DNA of 64,000 nucleotides from the human T2T-CHM13v2.0 reference genome, Homo sapiens. Both the position numbers and the translations under genes were made by a program. This document shows positions 43,274 through 57,349 of the stretch, piece by piece. The stretch is taken from the NCBI RefSeq assembly GCF_009914755.1, contig NC_060939.1; one strand, 5' to 3'. The stretch's first letter is position 1; every line of letters begins with the position of its first letter. Below the pieces are notes generated by a model that was given only the letters and a program-made list of their open reading frames with translations, did not search any database and was not told where the DNA came from.

Positions 43274-43281
43274 GAACTTAC

Positions 43282-43407
43282 CAACACAAAATAGCCTATC
43301 GGGAGTTGAATGGTAGCCAGGGTTGCAGGCACACTGATACTTCCCTATGAGGTTCACGCAACGGCCATTGGGGCACAGGTGTGCACTCAGCTCACATTCA
43401 TTGATGT
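43282..43407 (-). CDS. FBN1: FBN1 exon 28, cbEGF14, 126 nt
   Basis: cag|AC...TTG|gtaagt; [42 protein letters not shown]. Confidence 0.97.
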
Positions 43408-43518
43408 CTGTCGGGAAAATAAGAAGAACAAACACCCAAACATAAGCTTCCAACTTTGGCAATGATGTCATTCAAACAACTGACCACAAGTAAATGGTGT
43501 GAAAGTCTTTCTCCTTAC

Positions 43519-43644
43519 CGATACACGCGGAGATGTTGGGGGACAGCTGATGGCCAGGCGGGCATTCACAGCGGTAACTTCCCTCTGTGTTATGGCAAAC
43601 ACCACCTCGGCATAGGAGAGGATCTCTCTGACACTCATCAATAT
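43519..43644 (-). CDS. FBN1: FBN1 exon 27, cbEGF13, 126 nt
   Basis: cag|AT...TCG|gtaagg; [42 protein letters not shown]. Confidence 0.97.
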
Positions 43645-44302
43645 CTGCAAAATGGAAATGACCATGTTAAAGGTGGGGGCCTCATCTCCTCCACCAGACC
43701 AAGCACTCCTCCCCCACCCATTGCTGGGTGTCCATCTTGACCTCCTTGTCTCAAGGTGGGACAACTCTCTGGTGCTATTCATACACCAGATCTCCCTGCA
43801 GGATCAGACTAAAACCAAAATGCAGCCAAACTCTTGGTTTATTTTCTTCTCCTGCACTACCCTGCTCTCCTTACTTCCTGACAAGTACCTTCTGAGAGAA
43901 TTTGCTCACAGTAAGAAATACCACTTTTGCAAGAATCTCCATTTCAAACTTTGTTTCTAGGAAACCAGACCTAAAGCAACAAGTTTACCAATCACCTTTT
44001 CTAGAAGTGTTGGACAGACATCTTGTAAAGGGACCTCTACTACAGCTTCTGTCTCAATTGTCCTCTCTTCCGCCTGGGTATCCATTTCAGGTGTTAAAAT
44101 CACTTCTCAAGGGCCCACAACTGGTCTCCGCCATCACCCACAAACCCACAGCATGAATTCCCTCATTCTTTCTACCTCAGTCTCCCTCTGTTGCAGACTG
44201 ATTCCTAACTTCACTGGTTGCACTGGGGCAGCAGGAAGAACCTGGAACATAGGCTATGAGCCATCAAAGCTTCATGGAATCCTTCTCTTTCTGTGTTGAT
44301 CA

Positions 44303-44482
<180 letters not shown>

Positions 44483-44574
44483 TCAGGACAGCCTTAATTC
44501 TTGCGACAATATGTTAAAGATAAAGAGTTTTAAAGGACGTCCCCTCTCCTGGCCCTTAAGGCTCATTAACTGAC

Positions 44575-44700
44575 CTGTGCAGTTCCTTTCTTCAGAATCA
44601 AGAGCAAAGCCGCTGTCACACCTGCACTTAAAGCTGCCAATGGTGTTTCTGCACTTGCCGTGGGTGCAGAGGCTGGGTATCATCTTGCACTCATTGATAT
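44575..44700 (-). CDS. FBN1: FBN1 exon 25, cbEGF11, 126 nt
   Basis: aag|AT...CAG|gtcagt; [42 protein letters not shown]. Confidence 0.97.
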
Positions 44701-45247
44701 CTTCAAGAATAAGAAAATGTGGGGCAAAATAAGTTTATGAGCAAGCAGTCAGGAGGTCTCAATGCCCACCATTTTAAATCATGAAGGTTGGAAGTTCTTG
44801 ATTTAAGGTCTTGGCAGTATACATTTCCAAGAATGTGTGATGATCCATGAGATATATGACTTTGTAAACATTTCTAGCCTTTCAAATTTCTACATTTTAT
44901 AAAGCATTGTTAAAGAAGCAAATAATGTGTCTATTCAGACTTCTAGGGCCCAGCACACTGCCTGACACATAGTGAATATTTAACCACTACTTGCTGAGTG
45001 AATAGATAATATATTCTAAACCACTAGTATCTATATTTAAAGCACATAGAACATTATTAGAATATATTATCCTACAGCTATCAATTGACTGTGTAGCAGA
45101 ATGAGATATTCACTTAATACTGTTTGGTGCTTTTTTGGATATGCCAAAAATATAAAAATTTCAAAGATATAATTTATAATTTAAATTATTTGCAAATAAT
45201 TTGTACAATTTAAAAATATTTTCTTAATGTATATACCTTAAGATGTC

Positions 45248-45570
<323 letters not shown>

Positions 45571-46056
45571 TAATTTAAAGAGCTTCTTGTACACTAGAAA
45601 ACTGCATACATGTAACATGTGACCTGAGTTTCCCACTACAGGGCCTTTTTCCAAAACAAGACCAAACACTCAAGAAATACGCAAGTAATTTCTACATGTA
45701 AGACAGAACTGGGAGATTAAATCTCCAGAACACCAAGTCCTTCTTCAGCAATGAATTACCATAGCTTTTGGAAGCAAAATTAAAGTTCCTTTGAGTTTAC
45801 GTAACTGACATTTAAGAGGGCCACCTAGAAACTATCTGAAACTATCTCTCCATACAGAACAATTTTAACCCCCAGGACTTCTTGGACCAAACAGTTAAAA
45901 ACAAAAAGTTCATACTTTTCTAAACAAAGATAATTATATAATTCAGAAAGCAAAAAGTCCATGCTGGGATGATCAAGTAGAGTGCTGAGATCATGAAAAT
46001 GCATCCTATTTGTCTAAAAAGGGAGGCAATTGGCCATGGAAAACGTAACATTGTAC

Positions 46057-46284
46057 CTTTGAAGAAAGGCTTTCCATTTGTAATTTCTTTTGTGGCAAAT
46101 CCGGGTCCTCTCGGACACAGCTCCTCGTACTCAGGAGTATTTCTCATGGGACACTCCTCGCATTCCTCAGTACCCCAGGCTGCCCCGACGGAGCAGCAGC
46201 AGGCGTCCATGCGGTGGCGGCCAGCAATAGGCAGGGTGCACTCCTCGTCCTCGTACCTCAGGAAGCAGGTTTCCAGGCGGATAT
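46057..46284 (-). CDS. FBN1: FBN1 exon 24, TB3, 228 nt
   Basis: cag|AT...AAG|gtacaa; DIRLETCFLRYEDEEC...DACCCSVGAAWG...NGKPFFK. Confidence 0.97.
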
Positions 46285-46939
46285 CTGTCAGAGGGAATCA
46301 AGGGAGGTTAAATAGAGCCACACGGCTTCCACTGCCCCAAACTGCCAACACTCTGTTAGGTAAAATACTGCACACATAATAATTTGCTGTATACTTATTG
46401 ACTGGAATTAGTTTTATTCCTCAAAAAAAACCCCAGGCTCTGGGGTAAGTATCCTTGCCTAATAAAGACTCTCTTTGTCAGCCCATGTTTGCACCTCCTA
46501 CTTCTGAAAAGTTCCCTTTCAACATCTGATAATTCTACATAAGGAATGGTATTCTGAGAGATCCCACAGTGTTCTTTCGGGAGATGTTTTTCTCCTGTAC
46601 AGAAATACCTATCACCGATGCGTGCATGCCATGATGTCTTGGCATGTCCTCCACAGCTAAAAGCCAACTGTACTCTTTATTGTTGGAGCGTGTCTGCCCT
46701 AGTGCAATCACCTTTTCCTCCGACCCACTTCATTTTTGGAAAGGTGGAATGATGAACTCTGGAAAGAGGACTGCTTTACTTGAGATTAAAGAGAAAAATG
46801 CAAAGAAAAGCCATTCACTTTACTTCTCAAATATTTCTTTCACCTAAACACGTGCTTAAGGGCACATTCTTCAAGGTACTTGTGGGATACCTCTAGCCCC
46901 AAACCCAAATTCATGGGATTATAAAGAAGAGCAGAAAGC

Positions 46940-47135
46940 CTAGCAGAGCAGAGGTCAGAAGAGCTGGATTTTGGTCCTCTTCTGTAACTCAGTGGATTGT
47001 CTTCAATAAATTATCCTAAACCTGAATTTCCACATCTGTTACAGGATGTTGCACTCATCTCTCAGAAGGTTCTGTGAAGCTCAACTGAGATTATGCATCT
47101 GAAAATAATGAAGTGTAATTGAAATGTAAGATGTA
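46940..47135 (+). mobile_element. MIR remnant
   Basis: gaggtcagaagagctggattttggtcc...ctgaatttccacatctgt...tctcagaaggttctgtgaagctcaactgaga; approximate. Confidence 0.55.
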
Positions 47136-47539
47136 TCTTCCTTCTCTTTCTCCTTCACAATGGGGTCATTAACAATATATCTAACTCCCTGGGTTTCCTC
47201 TAACGTTAGAAAGTTTTTGAAGTCTTTATATTCAGCTTTATATTCAGACTGCCCATATTAAGATAAATTATTTTTAAGTGAATCCTAAATTAAACACTGA
47301 AGCATCTTTCAACTGAAGAACCTAGAAGAAGATTCTCATTAAATACTGATTCTTCCTAAACAAATAAACTAAGACTCAGAATAGCATTAACTGACATCCT
47401 TAATTACAAAAATACTTTTGGCTTTGAATTCCCGGTTCCATTCCATATTATTTATTTACACTATAAACTATAAAGTTCAATATTTAAAGGTTTGTTAATT
47501 CTAATTCGTAAGTGATCAAAATCCTTCACTGTATACCAC

Positions 47540-47856
<317 letters not shown>

Positions 47857-48666
47857 CACTTTTTTAACTACCTACAATAGTCTTCACTGAGCCTACACTT
47901 CAAAGTAATGTGGTTTCAGATGCAAAGTACAGGTAAGCATCATTTCCAGAGTCATGAACTCAGAAACCAGTGATCCAAGGGATATACTCTAGGCAGGCAG
48001 AAGCCATAGTAGTAACACCAGAATAAGTCTGCCAGACCTTAGATGCATGAGATGTGCGATCTCAAACTTGCCACTATCACGAGCCCATAGGGACTTAGGA
48101 CTTAGAGTTCTAAGGACTTAGGGTTGGGGTGAGACAATTTGGCTAGAGGATCCCATTTGGGCTCTAGCAGTTGGCACAGAATATCCCACTATGACTAGCA
48201 GTGATACCTACCCTGGGCTGAGCTTTCTCAGGTTCACTTTTCAGGGGAGTGGCATCTTCACTCCTGATCTCCACAGGTGTTTTTGCAAGGACCTGTCCTT
48301 CTGGCCAATGTCAGGGTATGCTTAGAAGACATGGGCTACAGTTTCCAAATATGTGCAAATATTGTTCTTTTCTCCACCACTCAGCTTGTATTTTATAGTT
48401 CACGGCATATGGGGCCGATTTAAGAGCTCTGGAAAAATAACTGTGATGCTAGTGATTTAAGGAATAGTTGCATATCAACAGAAACTACAGTTGCTGCTTA
48501 CTATTTGAAAGACTGTCAAAGGAGTGGCCATGGACCCTATCGGACATGCTGAATTTTGGAGTGTGTGTCTGTACCTGAAGCTAAGTGCTCAGCTATATCT
48601 TGTTAACTTCATTTTTAATAATCGTTAATAAATTATTATTAGAAAAATAATGAGCTCAGTATTTAC

Positions 48667-48792
48667 CAAGACAGATCCTTCCTGTGGCATCCAAAGTCAT
48701 TCCACTGGGACACTGACACTTGAATGACCCCCTAGTGTTAACACACAGGCCATTTTTACACACTCCTGGGAACACTTCACATTCATCTATAT
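48667..48792 (-). CDS. FBN1: FBN1 exon 23, cbEGF10, 126 nt
   Basis: tag|AT...TTG|gtaaat; [42 protein letters not shown]. Confidence 0.97.
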
Positions 48793-50409
48793 CTAAAAAG
48801 AAAAAAAAAGTATAAAGTTAATATATCTTTATAATATCATTCTACCTTATTCTACTCATAGAGTCATAATTATTCCCCATTTTGAACCTGGTAAGTTCAT
48901 AAAACTAGTTTGCCTACAAGTAGTTTGTGTAGAATTTCTAGGGTGCCTGAATAGCAACCAGAACGAGCCCACCTATTACTAAATATGTAAGAGTTTCTCC
49001 ATTGGTTTCAGGGAATAACTTTTGAGTTGTAGAGACAGGCAGCTGGTGTGAGTTCTTGGAGACAGCTCTGGTAGCTGCGGACATTTCAGGTAAGGTTCCC
49101 AGCAATATAATTTGCTTTATGAGACCAGATGTCTGGAAATGAGTAGAGAAGCAAAAACCTGGTTTTTCAAACTAGCAAAGAAGAAACAGCTTGAAGTTCA
49201 GCATAGAAAAATATCCCACCAAGGAATATGTGGGCCAGTGAAGGGTCTCTTTTAAGAAGTTCTGATAAATCACCAGAAAATGTACAATCAATTCTAACTC
49301 AGCCATGGTCTCAGGCTGTTCTGTCCATGCTTTGGTCTCAGCTTGGGTTGAGGGGAATTAAAAGATACTCATGTTCATTCATTCATCATTCATCCAATCT
49401 CTCTCAAATGTACCAGTCCTTCCCAGTTTGCCTAATGGAGAGCAATATGTTCTCTGCACTTAATTTGGAAAAGTATTCACCACCAAGTTAATCAAAAGAA
49501 AGGCACTTACTTGCCAATGCCAAAAAAAAAAGAGGGGGGAACATTAGCTAAGAAACTCATACACACTGTGTCTCTATTTAGAAGAAATAACTTTCCACAA
49601 CAGGAATGTTGAAAAAATATTCTGAATCTTTCCTTGTAAGAGAGATCAATGGGGAGAGGGTGGAATCTACCTTTTTGGGTTTTTTGTTTTGTTTTGGCCA
49701 CTTGTACAACAAAATATGCTGCTGAGGTCAGATAAGTTATTAACAGCGGGTCTGGACCAGAGAAAGGCCAAAGGATTCAGTCATCATTTGGAAAGCAAGA
49801 CCTTGGGTGGGGGTTGTAGTGTGCCTCTTTGTTTTAACAGGGAAAAAACTTCATTTCATCCCACATATGGGACTAATTGCTGTTTTTAAAATTTTTCAGC
49901 TGCTGTGTCATGTCAGGTTGTGTTAGTCACCATGACCTATGTCTATCTGAAACTCCAGGAGAAAGAATCACAGCAAACTGAAGAAACTCCATGCAGACTT
50001 TCAACAAAGAGAAAACAGAATGTGTCCTTCTAAATCACCCATGACTGTGAAACAAACAAATAAAAAATGCCAGGACAAACCAAAGAAAGGCAAATTTTAC
50101 AGACTCATCAAAAACTTCCTGTTTTTCTCTTCCTGATAGCATTTTGAAAGTGCAGTCTCTCTAAACTGCGATCAACCTAAAACATTTTCAGCCACCCACC
50201 CTGTCCTTTGGACATAGCGTTCTGACACTAGCAACAGTATATATATGCTTGTGAAATTAACAGCTGTTCCGTTTTGTAGTTCTCATTATTTTTTTTCTCT
50301 GCTGCATATTTCTCCCTGTGAAGTTATATGACAGCTTTATCCAGTCCGAGTTAACACAAACATTCATTATGCACACAAAAATGTATGGTTTATAAGTAAT
50401 CAGAAATAC

Positions 50410-50460
50410 CTTCACATTGTGTTCCTTTAATTCTTGAGTACCCTTTACCACATATGGGAT
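50410..50460 (-). CDS. FBN1: FBN1 exon 22, hybrid domain 2 second part, 51 nt
   Basis: cag|AT...AAG|gtattt; DPICGKGYSRIKGTQCE. Confidence 0.96.
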
Positions 50461-51328
50461 CTGTAATAAAAAGCGAAAAACAAAACAGAAAACAAATTTG
50501 AGATAACAATATCCAGACTTTGCAGTTCTGACATAGTGTAAGAAACATGAAAGATGACCTGGAACATGAAGTAGATTGTGTTGCTATAAGTATGAGATAA
50601 CAAAATGTTTCTGCGATTGCATAGGTGAGGAAGAACAGTAATGAAATGTCTCCTCAAATAAAGCTCAATTCCACTAAGATACTCCAAAAGACACAGACGT
50701 GCCCTATAGATCATGTTAAAGTGATAGCTAAGAGGGAAACTGAAGGTAGCTTTCTCTCTTGCTGTTCACCTGAAAATAGGAATCACACTATAGAATTACT
50801 TTAACCTGAATATAGAAAACTCAAGTCTATAATTTGGAGATCTCATGGCCTCCAGCATTCACATAAATTTACACATTTATATATTTAAACATTAAATCAG
50901 CAAAACCATGAGCAAGGTTCTCAAACCTCAAGTTCCCAACAGATTTAGAAGTTCACCAGAAACCCTTATGAAGTTTAGTCATGAATACCGGTTTCTTTAC
51001 ATCAATTAGCTTTTTGAAAGATAATCTGTACCTATAAAAAGCTCAGAACCCCTAACCACAAGGTTCCCAAGAGAGCTGGCAGGCACTGGTGCTCCAGGGA
51101 AGCAACACAAACTAACCACATTACAATGTGAAGATAGAAAATAATAAATGAACAAAATCACATAAAATTTGACACTTCTTATTTCCCATTCAGCAATATG
51201 TTCGGGGCCATCAGGATTAAATCTTTGAAAATTCTCATGTGAGCCTAGATAAATGAAATACTAGGCTTCCCCTTTTTATGCAAAGACCATTGGAGTGGTA
51301 TAGGAACCACAGCATGGGTTTCTCTTAC

Positions 51329-51466
51329 CAACTTGGCATAGGGTGCACGGGCTTCCCCACGCAGCACCGAGGGAGGAGCAGCACTGGGACTTTAAGGTGG
51401 CTCCATTGATGTTGATCTCACATCGCCCATCAATGACAGTCTGCCAGCAAGTGCCCTTGATGGTTT
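51329..51466 (-). CDS. FBN1: FBN1 exon 21, hybrid domain 2 first part, 138 nt
   Basis: cag|AA...TTG|gtaaga; [46 protein letters not shown]. Confidence 0.97.
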
Positions 51467-51674
51467 CTGCAGAGGAGGGAATAATATTTAATAGAATCTA
51501 TATAAAAATTCAAACATACACCTTGGAATTATAGACAAAAATAGCATTTGAAACAAGGAATAATGAAGTTTTTAATATTGTTCATCCATACTTAAATTCT
51601 TTTGCAGGAAAAGCTGACATTAAGTATAACAACATTGATAAACATAGAAAAATCATTCTCAGAAAGATAAATAC

Positions 51675-51794
51675 CTATGCAGATGGTTTTTGTTGGATCC
51701 AAAGTACTTTCAGAAGAACATTCACAAATAAAAGAGCCTGGGCTGTTCTTGCAGACTCCATTAATGCAAGGACTTGATTCGCATTCATCAATGT
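51675..51794 (-). CDS. FBN1: FBN1 exon 20, cbEGF9, 120 nt
   Basis: cag|AC...TAG|gtattt; [40 protein letters not shown]. Confidence 0.97.
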   Translation of the reverse strand, partial: TLMNANQVLALMESARTAQALLFVNVLLKVLWIQQKPSA

Positions 51795-52305
51795 CTGAAA
51801 CAAAAACAGGTCTACATTACTGCTAAAATCTAGTCTTGGGCCTAAAAGAGTACTTCAACTTTGACCCCAATTGCTACTACATATCCTTAATCCCACACAG
51901 TAAAGCTGGGCTAAATAGTTTTTCCTACACTAGATGGAATGCCAAAATAATAACTCTATAGTATAGACTAGTACATCTCTATAGTATAGAATACGGGACT
52001 TGGCTGAATCTTTTTATTTAGAAAATCTGGAGTAAATGTGTATGTGATTTCTGAATGAATAGCTCAAATAGCAGACACATAACATTTTCTTTATCTATTA
52101 AATGATGGCAATTAAAATGCCAATTACAAGTAAATACCATAAGTGGCTTACAAAGTACATACTAGTGCCATGTAGAACCACAGAATTTCAACTAAACTGG
52201 CATAACTGTCTAAAATACAGGAGACTCTAATTCAGTCTTATGGTTTTCTAATGGCATTCCAAAAGATAGCAAAGTACACAGTATAAGAACAAAAATATGG
52301 TTTAC

Positions 52306-52431
52306 CTTCACATGTTTTTAGATCAGGTTTGTAGATAAATCCCTTGGGGCAGGTACAGACAAAACTTCCAGGAGTATTTCTACATTGTCCATTGTCACAA
52401 AGGAGACTGTTCAGTACACATTCATTAATAT
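52306..52431 (-). CDS. FBN1: FBN1 exon 19, cbEGF8, 126 nt
   Basis: cag|AT...AAG|gtaaac; [42 protein letters not shown]. Confidence 0.97.
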
Positions 52432-53471
52432 CTGCAAAGTCAATGAAAATAAACACTTAAAAAGGGCCCAAACTTTGCCTGTATCTACTTTGCTCTTTTA
52501 CATTAGATCTTTAAAGTCATAACGACGTGATCAATTCAAGCAAAAAGGCAAAACTCCTGTAGCATTAGCTTTTACCTAAACTATCTCATTTTAGGAAAAC
52601 AGAGGCTTGACCTGGTTTTAAACTAAGTATCTAAACTAAATATCTACAAAGCCTAAAGTCACTAGGCTATTTAATTCACTTATTTCTTTAGCAGGAAGAA
52701 AATACAGATTTGCTGGAAATCATTAATCTTTATAGAGTTACATTATATAATTAAATTTATATAATTTAATTCATTTTGTCGAATTAAAAGGATTAACCTT
52801 ATTGATTTAAGGAACTAAATAAATATTTAGAAAGTATGGTCCAACTTTGAAATGTGTTAGTTCCAGAATGGGTGTTTCTTCCTTATAATAATTCAAATTG
52901 TCTCCAGGTATGATTATAAAGTACAAAGTAATCTGTAGCATTTATGATTGTCATGGGGAATTTAGCTTCATGATTCAGGGACCTCAGGAAAACTGCTTGC
53001 TTTTAGCTGAATAATATGCCTGTCTGAAGCAAAACCCAACTTTAAGAGAGCAGGTATTCCTGAAAATAAGCTGTGTTTTTTTCTGATTAAGTCTAATAAA
53101 TGGTTGGGAGAAGAGCTGCTTCTCTCTCAGTAAAATCAAGGTTGACTTTGTAGTCACATGAGAATGGCTCAGAATCTCTGCATCTTATATCTAAGGAGCT
53201 TCTCTTTGAAGGAGTGAAATCTGATACATCATTATTTTAAGGAGCAAATCATTTCAAGGAGTGAATCTGATACATCGTTATTCATAAACTGTGAAGATTC
53301 AGTGATGTAAATTTTTGTTACTAAAGATATGTATATGCTGTGCTAACATCCGAAGTATAAAGTGTCCATTTGCCCAGTCCTCTAAGCTACTCAAAGGCAG
53401 TTTTCTCCCAGCAATGAAAGAAGGAATGCATTATGCAGGCAATGTTTCAGAAAATGGGTAAAACTTCTCAC

Positions 53472-53597
53472 CAACGCAGTTTTTCCCAGTTGAATCCACT
53501 TCATATCCTGAATTGCATATACATTTATAGGTCCCACGAAGGTTTTCACAGATTCCATTTGGGCAAATATCAGGATCTAGTGCACATTCATTTATAT
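53472..53597 (-). CDS. FBN1: FBN1 exon 18, cbEGF7, 126 nt
   Basis: cag|AT...TTG|gtgaga; [42 protein letters not shown]. Confidence 0.97.
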
Positions 53598-55190
53598 CTG
53601 CACCACAAAAAAGGTCAAAATCAATTAAGATTATAAAATAAATACTGAATGAATTGTTAAAAATATAACACTACAATAAATGTAATGACCTTAGGAGCTA
53701 CAGGAGGAAAAAAATCGATTTCACTGGAAAGAGAACACTCTGTCTCTTTTTCTCACTGTAAGATATTCTGAGTCCAATCTTTCTCCCACAAGTTCCTGAG
53801 AGGAACTTTGCATCTCAGCTGGAACTACAAGATAACCAATCCTTAATCAAGCTGAAGGAGACCTCCTGGACTTCTCCTAGTCCAAGCACCAAGATGGAAA
53901 AATGGATCGACAGCAGATCCCAAGTCCCGACAACTGGTCTCCCTACCACCAGCCCCTCTTTCTTCCATCTACCCTGCACTACTCTACACTGCAACCATTC
54001 TTACCATCCTAAAAACAAGGTATTATATCGTTCTCATGGTTCAAACTTTCATAGGTTCAACAATATCCTCAAGATAAAACTAAAATATAAATTCTTTGTT
54101 TACTTATCCCAGACTTCACACTCTTCTATGAACATATAATGCCCTCTTCACTCTGTGTCAGGAATGCTTGGAGCAGGCCTATTTACAGGTCAAAAGCCAG
54201 CTCCAACACCACATGCTCTGAAAAAGCCTCCGTTGCTCTGCCCACCTGAGGTGGGGCCCTCCCTCTTCTGTACCCTCACAACTGAGGAGGGAATCTCATA
54301 GTCAAGGCAGGTGCAGAATGACAACCAGTGAATGGATAGTCTCAAATCCTGGTGCCTGACTCTTCTATAAATTAGGGTTGACTTTTTTTTTTTCTTCCAA
54401 GTCCCTATCACAACTTACTTATTCCCCATTAACTCCTTATTCGTTATAAGTTTCCTTACCTCTCCTCTTTCCTCCTCTAAATATCCCCTCCACATTTTCA
54501 TTCACGCACAATGATGAAACTAATCATACTGAATGAACTGACAATCAATTCAGCCAGTCCATGTTCTTTCAGATCTCCCTGAATCAAACTATGTAGCTTT
54601 ATATTAATAAAATAATCCCTTCCTCTTTCTTGTCACCTATTGTCATACTTGTTCCAATTCTCCTTTTTAACTTTAATTCCTTGCATGGCACCAATATTTC
54701 TCTAGCTAAATATTTCATTCTCTTTTAACTCAGTTAATTGTTGTCACTGCTCTCTATTGCCATTTTATAATACTGAGCACTTAACAGTTCAGAATCCTTC
54801 AGAATGCAGATGGAGAATGGTTCAACTAGCCCATCATCCCGAGTGGTACTTGATAGTGGAAGATCCACAAGAGAGTCAGGCTGCCCCTTCTCAAGCATGA
54901 GCAACAAAAGTCATTACACATCATCTGCGAGCACCCATCAACCACACTGAGAGAGCACCTGACCCCCTCAGTGGCCAAGTCCCACAGCCACACCCAGAAA
55001 TCCTAGAGCCCACAGTGCCCCGGCTGCTCTGCCACTGAAGGCTTCTGAGCATCCCAGATACATGGCACAGTGATGGCCAGAGAGGGAGTCAGGCCAGACT
55101 AGTGTAAAGGGATCAACTGGAAACCCACAAGAAAGCCTGATGCTGCCTCTGCACATACTGAAGGTAGTAAATTTTGAAAGGAATCCTTAC

Positions 55191-55244
55191 CACTGCCTGC
55201 TGACGTCATTCCTGGCCCACTGCTGCAGAGTGCCTGATATTCCG
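55191..55244 (-). CDS. FBN1: FBN1 exon 17, TB2 second part, 54 nt
   Basis: cag|CG...GTG|gtaagg; AEYQALCSSGPGMTSAGS. Confidence 0.96.
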
Positions 55245-56589
55245 CTGCAATAAATTAACAGATAGTAAATGATTCCCTTGTTTGCAGAACAGGTAGATCC
55301 TGCCCTTGGTTTTGCACACATCATTTCCTCCAAAGTGAGTAGAACCAAACTTAAGTGGTAACGGAAAAGGAGGTATCTCCCCAGGGAGTCACCTTTACAC
55401 CAGGCTCCCATTTTAAAGGCTACACATCATCAAGGAAAACAACTTTTAAGGATACAGGCAAGTTATAGCAATTCCTTGTGCAAAGCCCTTTCGGAAAAGG
55501 TGTTTTTCCTATAACTTGATTTTGTTCACCAGGGAACACTTTACACTTACGGTGAAATGTGCCTGTTAAAATGTGGTTTCTTAACTGTTAATAAAACTTT
55601 CTCCCACCATCTTGGGGATAATTTTGTTTCTCAGTGCTAGCTGTTTTTTCAGTACAATTGGTTCTTAACATTTCCTCATTTCTCTCTGCAAATTCTCTAG
55701 CCTCCTCTCACAAGAGCAACAACAGAATACCTACTCTTGCATTTAAGTGTATTTTTAAAGTTAATATGTATCAGGATACTGGATTCATTCTCTATGGTAT
55801 ATCCATAGAGAAAGTATTGCTTAATGTTAAAACTGTGAGATCATATTGAAAAAACTGAAGTATAAAGAATATGTCCCCAAATTTGAGATAGAATCAAATT
55901 TCTATTTCTTAAAATTAATACCATGTTTTATATACAATTCCAACAATACTTAACATAAGAGTGAATGATGAAAATGTAGAACTAACTGGAATCACACTAT
56001 CCAAGGAAAGGAAACTAGTGTCCCCTTAAGTTGCCAATGGTTTCTGGCAAACACAGTCTCATGGTCATATGTAAATCATCTGTGCTTAAGTGGAAGGAGA
56101 ACTGGATATCAGGGCTGGGGCTTATTGTAGAGGCTGACTGCACCTCACTGCTGAAGCAAATAGTTCCTATCCCCTGCATGCCAGAGAATTGCATCCTGAT
56201 GACATTGGAGGTAAATGAGTTATACAACCAAAGATTATCATGTCTTCTAACAAATGTGAATTTGAGAAAGCAGTGATGATTTAATTTTCAAACCATCTTA
56301 GAAGGGGTCAAAAAAACAACAGATGGGAAGGTGTGTTTGAAAGCCAGGTGTGGGAACAAAAAGAAATTCATCTTTTTTATTCTGCTGTATCAGCAAAAAG
56401 CTAAAATATGCATGAAATACTGTAAGTAATAAAACAAGAAAACCAAAATCATACCAGTTTTATAAAAAGGACTTTTAGAGATAATGACAATTTTGCTGAT
56501 GTTTGGCCTAAATGGAAGCAAATTATTGTCACCATTGTTTTCCATTTAGGCAGGATCTGGTACTAGACCATTTTTTGTAGTGAGTTCAA

Positions 56590-56790
56590 ATAAGCATGGG
56601 TTTTAATACCGATGACAACGCTAATTGCTGGGAGTTTTGGAAGCAGCCCTTTTCCTCTGTTAGTTTCTTCTCCCATAAATTTGGAATGACAACTCCCATT
56701 TCACCTGGTGGCTGTACAGAATTAACATTACATGTTTAATGATTGAACGTGTACTGTGCACAGCTCAGGCCCTGAATAAAAAAATAAGTA
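56590..56790 (+). mobile_element. MIR remnant
   Basis: Degenerate MIR core (agtttcttctcccataaatttggaatgacaac...tggctgtacagaattaa); approximate. Confidence 0.45.
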
Positions 56791-57349
56791 AATAAAAGTA
56801 TTATAAACACATAGTGAGGGGTAGGTGTTGATGAGCTAACTCCGCGTAGTGCCATGGAGACAGTGACATGAGGGATCCATGAGAAAATCCCCCCGAATTA
56901 CCCTCCTGTGGGTTTAACTGACCAATTACACTCCCGTGGGTTTAACTGATCCATGTCTGTGAAATGTCATTGTCAGAAGGCTGAGGACACAAGAGGGCTT
57001 GCTGAACAATGTGAATCAGCTCCAGCAACCAGTGAGAAACAGCTTCATATGTAGCTTGCCTGACTTGCAGACCACAAAGATGAACTTCAGATTTTGTATA
57101 TTTGGAGTCTCTCCCTCAACTGACTGAAGACATTCCTTTTGAATATTTTCAGTACTTTAAACAGCCTACCCCCCATTCTTGAAATGAGGGATATCCTACA
57201 TTCGGATGGTTCATGACCAAAGAGGTGGAGAAACCAAATGAATGAAACTACTTCCATGTGTGGACCCTTTTTTGGGTAAATTCATTCAAATATAAGACAA
57301 AAGTTAGTGGAACCGGGCCTTACATTTAACTCTCTTTAAGCTTTACTGT

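Noticed and set aside
45993-46379. 128-aa plus-strand ORF (and similar ones at 567, 1527, 24133, 43456, 44370, 51343)
   Set aside because: These are antisense shadows of FBN1 exons, with no independent coding signal.
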